From contig CM059433.1 in assembly GCA_030390025.1 (NCBI GenBank), positions 186,001-250,000 on the forward strand: a stretch of DNA of 64,000 nt, written 5' to 3'. Shown in pieces: positions 59,031-64,000 of the stretch (within the stretch, counting starts at the first letter, position 1; each line of letters opens with the position of its first letter). The position numbers and the translations under genes were made by a program. The notes under the pieces are model-generated. The model made no database searches. It was not told the DNA's origin and saw nothing but the letters and a program-made list of their open reading frames with translations. This DNA comes from Squalus acanthias. Lineage: Eukaryota.

Positions 59031-60644
59031 GACTCACCACCTCCTGACTCCCCAAAGCTTTTCCACCACCTACAAGGCACAAGTCAGGAGTGCGATGGAA
59101 TATTCTCCACTTGCCTGGACGGTTGCAGCTCCAACATCACTCACGAAGCTCGACACAATCCAGGGGAAAGCAGGCTGCTTAATCAGCCCCACATCCACCA
59201 TCTTAAACATTTACTCCCTCTTCATCCGGCGCACTGTGGCTGCTGGGGCACAGAAAGTACTCTGGGTGGGGGATTTCAATGTCCATCACCAAGTGTGGCT
59301 CGGTAGTGGCTCGTGTTTGTTCTCTCACCACCTGCCGTGAACCAGTCTGGCTGCTATGTCCTTCAGGACTCAGCCAGCTCGGTCAATCATGGTACTACCG
59401 AGTCATTGAGGACACCCCTTCATCGTGTTGTGTGGCCCTACCACCGTGCTAAATGGGATAGATTAAGAACACATCTAGCAGCTCAAAACTGGGCATTCAT
59501 GAGGTGCTGTGGACCATCAGCAGCAACAGAATTGTATTCCACCATAATCTGTAACCTCATGGTCCGGCATATCACTCATTCTACCATTACCATCAAATCA
59601 CACCTGGTTCAATAAGTAGTGTTGAAGAGCATGCCAGGAGCTGCACCAAGTGTACCTGAAAATCAGAAATCAACTTAGTGAAGCTACAACACAGGACTAT
59701 ATGCATGTTAAACAGCGGAGGCAGCATGCTATAGACAGAGCTAAGCGATCCCACACCCAATGGATCAGATCAAAGCTCTGCAGTCCTGCCACATCCAGTC
59801 GGGAATGGTGATGGACAATTAACAACTGACGGGAGGAGGAGGCTCCTTGAACATTCCTATCCTGAAGGCTGGCGGAGCACAGCACGTGAGTGCAAAAGAC
59901 AAGGCTGAAGCCTTCGCAACCATCTTCAGTCACAAGTGCCAAGTGGATGATGCATCTCAGCCTCCTCCTGAGGTCCAACCAGCACAGAAGCCAGTTTCCA
60001 GCCAATTCACTTCACTCCACGTGATATCAAGAACGGTAGAGCGCACTGGATACAGCAAAGGCTATGGGCCCCGACAACATCCCGGCTGCAGTGCTGAAGA
60101 CCTGTGCTCCAGAACTAGCTGCACCTCTAGCCAAACTGTTCCTGTACTGGCATCTACCCGACAAAATGGTAAATTGGTCAGGTATGGCCAGTCCGCAAAA
60201 AGCGGGACTAATCCAACAGCCAGTTACCACCCCATCAGCCATCTCTCCATCATCAGCAAAGTGATGGAAGCTGCCATCGACAATGCTATCACGAGGCACT
60301 AACAAATCACAAATAACCTGCTCCCCGATGCCCAGTTTGCTTTCCGCCAGGACCACTTGGCTCCTGACCTCATTACAGCATTGGGCCAAACATGGACAAA
60401 AGAGCTGAATTCCAGAGGTGAAGTGAGAGTGACTGTCCTTGACATCAAGGCAGCATTTGACCGAGTGTGGCACCAAGGAGCCCCAGTAAAACTGAAGTCA
60501 ATGGTGATCGGGTGAAAACTCTCCACTGGATGGTGTCATATCTAGCACAAAGGAAGATGCCTGTGGTTATTGTAGGCCAATCATCTCAGCTCCAGGTCAT
60601 CGCTGCAGCAGTTACACAGTTACATTCGCAATTCGTCAGATATT

Positions 60645-61406
60645 GGCCCAGAAATTAGGCTCCCTGGCTTCCCGCGGGTGCAATGACCGCGCGCGCACCT
60701 ACCTACCGCGCCTGCCGTTGACCTCTGGGCCCACGGGGACTTCAGCTCCTGGGCCTCCTGCAGCTGCCGGCGCGCAGTGCTTGTGTATCTCAGGGGCGTA
60801 GTTAGTGCGATGCATCCCTTGGGATCACGTGGGCCATGGAGAGCCAATGGCAGCAGACCATCTTTCATTCATAGATTTGACAGGACCTGTCAAATCTATG
60901 AATTGAAATCGGCCCCAAAACAACACCTAAACTTCAAATAAATTGAAAAAAAACCATCACATTTTTAAAATAACTATAAGTTGAATAAATTAACTTCTTT
61001 AAACAAAAATTTAAATTTTTGAAAAAATTAAAATACTTTTTAAGAGTGCTAAAAATAAACTTACCTTTCTTTAAAGTATCTAAAAAAGATAAACCTGTTG
61101 AAAAAATGTTTTAATTGTAATTAATTAACCACTTACCTTGTTAAAAACGGGTCCTGCGCCTCATTTTTAAAAGCGCAGCTTCTTCAATACTTACCTTCCT
61201 GGAGAAACCTGAAAAAAAACCTAAGTTCGCTGCGTGCGCGCAGCCTCTCCCGTGCACGCGGTTCACCTCTGAACCCCTCTCTTCACGAGACCGGAAGTTC
61301 CAGTTTCCCGCGCATGCGCAGTGCATGCAGGAAACCGGAACTTCAGGAGGCCTTACGGGTGCGTACACAGTGCGTACTCACCCGGCAAGTGCCGAATTTT
61401 TGGCCC
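60645..61406. mobile_element. MITE copy 6 (diverged paralog)
   Basis: Same TIRs and insertion site as copies 1-5, with scattered differences. Confidence 0.8.
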
Positions 61407-63087
61407 AATCAGGCTGTCTGTGTCCACGTACAGCAAGACCTGGACAACATTCAGGTTGGGGATGATCAGTGGCAAGTAACATTTGTGACACACAAGTGCC
61501 AGACAATGACCATCTCCAACAAGAGAGAGTCTAACCACCTCCCCATGACAGTCAATGGTATTACCATCATTGAATACCCCACCATCAACATCCGGGGGGT
61601 CACCATTGACCAAAAACTTAACTAGATCAGCCAAATAAATACTGTGGCTACAAGAGCAAGTCAGACGCTGGGTATTCTGCGCAAGTGACTCACCACCTCC
61701 TGACTCCCCAAAGCCTTTCCACCCTCTACAAGGCACAAGTCAGGAGTGTGATGGAATATTCTCCACTTGCCTGGACGGTTGCAGCTCCAACAACACTCAC
61801 GAAGCTCGACACAATCCAGGGGAAAGCAGGCCGCTTAATCAGCTCCCCATCCACCATCTTAAACATTTACTCCCTCCTCATCCGGCGCACTGTGGCTGCT
61901 GGTGCACAGAATGTACTCTGGCTGGGGGACTTCAATGTCCATCACCAAGTGTGGCTCGGTAGTGGCTTGTGTTTGTTCTCTCACCACCTGCCGTGAACCA
62001 GTCTGGCTGCTATGTCCTTCAGGACTCAGCCAGCTCGGTCAATCATGGTACTACCGAGTCACTGAGGACACCCCTTCATCATGTTGTGTGCCCTTCCACT
62101 GTGCTAAATGGGATAGATTAAGAACACATCTAGCAGCTCAAAACTGGGCATCCATGAGGCGCCATCAGCAGCAACAGAATTGTATTCCACCATAATCTGT
62201 AAACTCATGGCCCGGCATATCCCTCATTCTACCATTACCATCAAACCAGCCCTGGTTCAATAAGGAGTGTTGAAGAGCATTCCAGGAGCTGCACCAGGTG
62301 TATTTGAAAATCAGAAACCTACTTAGTGAAGCTACAACACAGGACTATATGCATGTTAAACAGCGGAGGCAGCGTGCTATAGACAGAGCTAAATGATCCC
62401 ACACCCAATGGATCAGATCAAAGCTCTGCAGTCCTGTCACATCCAGTCGGGAATGGTGATGGACAATTAAACAAGTAACGGGAGGAGGAGGCTCCTTGAA
62501 CATCCACATCCTCAATGATGGCGGAGCACAGCACGTGAGTGAAAAAGACAAGGCTGAAGCCTTCGCAACCATCTTCACTCACAAGTGCCAAGGGGATGAT
62601 GCATCTCGGCCTGCTCCTGAGGTCCCACCATCACAGAAGCCAGTCTTCAGCCAATTCACTTCACTCCACGTGATATCAAGAACGGTAGAGCGCACTGGAT
62701 ACAGCAAAGGCTATGGGTTCTGACATCATCGCGGCTGCAGAGCTGAAGACCTGTGTTCAGAACTAGCTGCACCACTATCCAAGCTGTTCCTGTTCTGGCA
62801 TGTCCCCGACAAAGTGGTAAATTGGGCAGGTTTGTACAGTCCACAAAAAGCTGGACTAATCCAACAGCCCGTTACCATCCCATTAGCCATCTCTGCATCA
62901 TCAGCAAAGTGATGGAAGCTGTCATCGACAATGCTATCAAGCGGCACTAACAAAGGCACAAATAACCAGCTCACGGATGACCAGTTTGGTTTCCGTCAGG
63001 ACCACTTGGCTCCTGACCGCATTACAGCCTTGGTCCAAACATGGACAAAAGAGCTGAATTCCAGAGGTGAGGTGAGAGTGACTGTCC

Positions 63088-64000
63088 TAGAAACATAGAA
63101 GATAGGAGCAGGAGTAGGCCATTCGGCCCTCGAGCCTGCTCCGCCATTTAATGAGATCATGGCTGATCATCCAAATTCAGTACCCTGTCCCTGCTTTCTC
63201 CCCATATCCCTTGATCCCTTTAGCCTTAAGAAATATATCGATCTCCTTCTTGAATATATTTAATGAATTGGCCTCAACTGCCTTCTGTGGTAGAGAATTC
63301 CACAGGTTCACCACTCTCTGGGTGAAGAAATTCCTCCTCATCTCTGTCCTAAATGGCTTACCCCTTATCCTTAGACTGTGACCCCTGGTTCTGAACTCCC
63401 CGACCATCGGGAACATCCTTCCTGCATCTAGTCTGTCTAGTCCTGTTAGAATTTTATAAGTTTCAATGAGATCCCCTCTCATTCTTCTAAACTCTAGTGA
63501 ATACAAGCCCAATTGTCCCAATCTCTCTTCATACGTCATTCCTGCCATCCCAGGTATCAGTCTGGTGAATCCTCGCTGCACTCCCTCCATGGCAAGAACA
63601 TCCTTCCTCAGATAAGGTGACCAAAACTGCACACAATACTCAAGGTGTGGTCTCACCAAGGCCCTGTACAACTGCAGCAAGACATCCTTGCCCCTGTACT
63701 CGAACCCTCTCGCTATGAAGGCCAATATACCATTTGCCTTCTTAACCGCCTGCTGCACCTGCATACTTACCTTCAACGACTGGTGCACAAGGACCCCCAG
63801 GTCTCGTTGCACTTCCCCTTTTCCCAATCTATTGCTGTTCAGATAATAATCTGCCTTCCTGTTTTTGCCACCAAAGTGGATAACCTCGCATTTATCCACA
63901 TTATACTGCATCTGCCATGCACCTGCCCAATCACCCAACTTGTCCAAATCATACTGGAGTTTCTCTGCATCCTCCTCACAACACACACACCCACCCAACT
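63088..64000 (-). mobile_element. CR1 LINE (CR1c), running off the window
   Basis: Tail at 63088 and a 273-aa open RT C-terminus. Sits at essentially the same array position as CR1a. Confidence 0.92.

Larger units (their letters stand above)
54465..63087 (+). repeat. Non-LTR-derived macrosatellite, block 2 (interrupted by two CR1s)
   Basis: Same unit variants in the same order as block 1, but with a single MITE-bearing unit. Confidence 0.92.

Noticed and set aside
1..64000. Uni-strand piRNA cluster
   Set aside because: CR1s are mostly minus while the proviruses and array are plus, so orientation is not uniform. It cannot be judged without small-RNA data.

Overview
Almost entirely transposon-derived vertebrate DNA. 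CR1 LINEs with (CATAGAAA)n-type tails suggest a cartilaginous fish (inference). Main components: (1) A young, nearly intact enveloped LTR retroelement, provirus B (39252-51385). It has about 99.5% identical 1.36-kb LTRs, a CTAT target-site duplication (TSD) and a tRNA-Arg-like PBS. Gag is read through a UGA-CUAG stop into a pol with two RNase H domains. Env looks like a paramyxo/pneumovirus F-type fusogen, i.e. lokiretrovirus-like, with an Ig V-like domain in front. (2) A degraded relative, provirus A (28334-38617), which is circularly permuted: env 3' half, single LTR, gag, pol, env 5' half, bracketed by two CR1 ends. (3) Two more LTRs of this group (1-1259 minus strand; solo LTR 51716-53185). 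(4) A macrosatellite built from a dead non-LTR retrotransposon ORF2 fragment, in two related blocks (8503-26067, 54465-63087). The first block contains five near-identical 2659-bp units, each carrying a Harbinger-like MITE. (5) About ten CR1 insertions, nested with the above. No confident host gene was found; there is one weak candidate exon near 1.7 kb. All family assignments come from motifs read by eye; no database searches were run.
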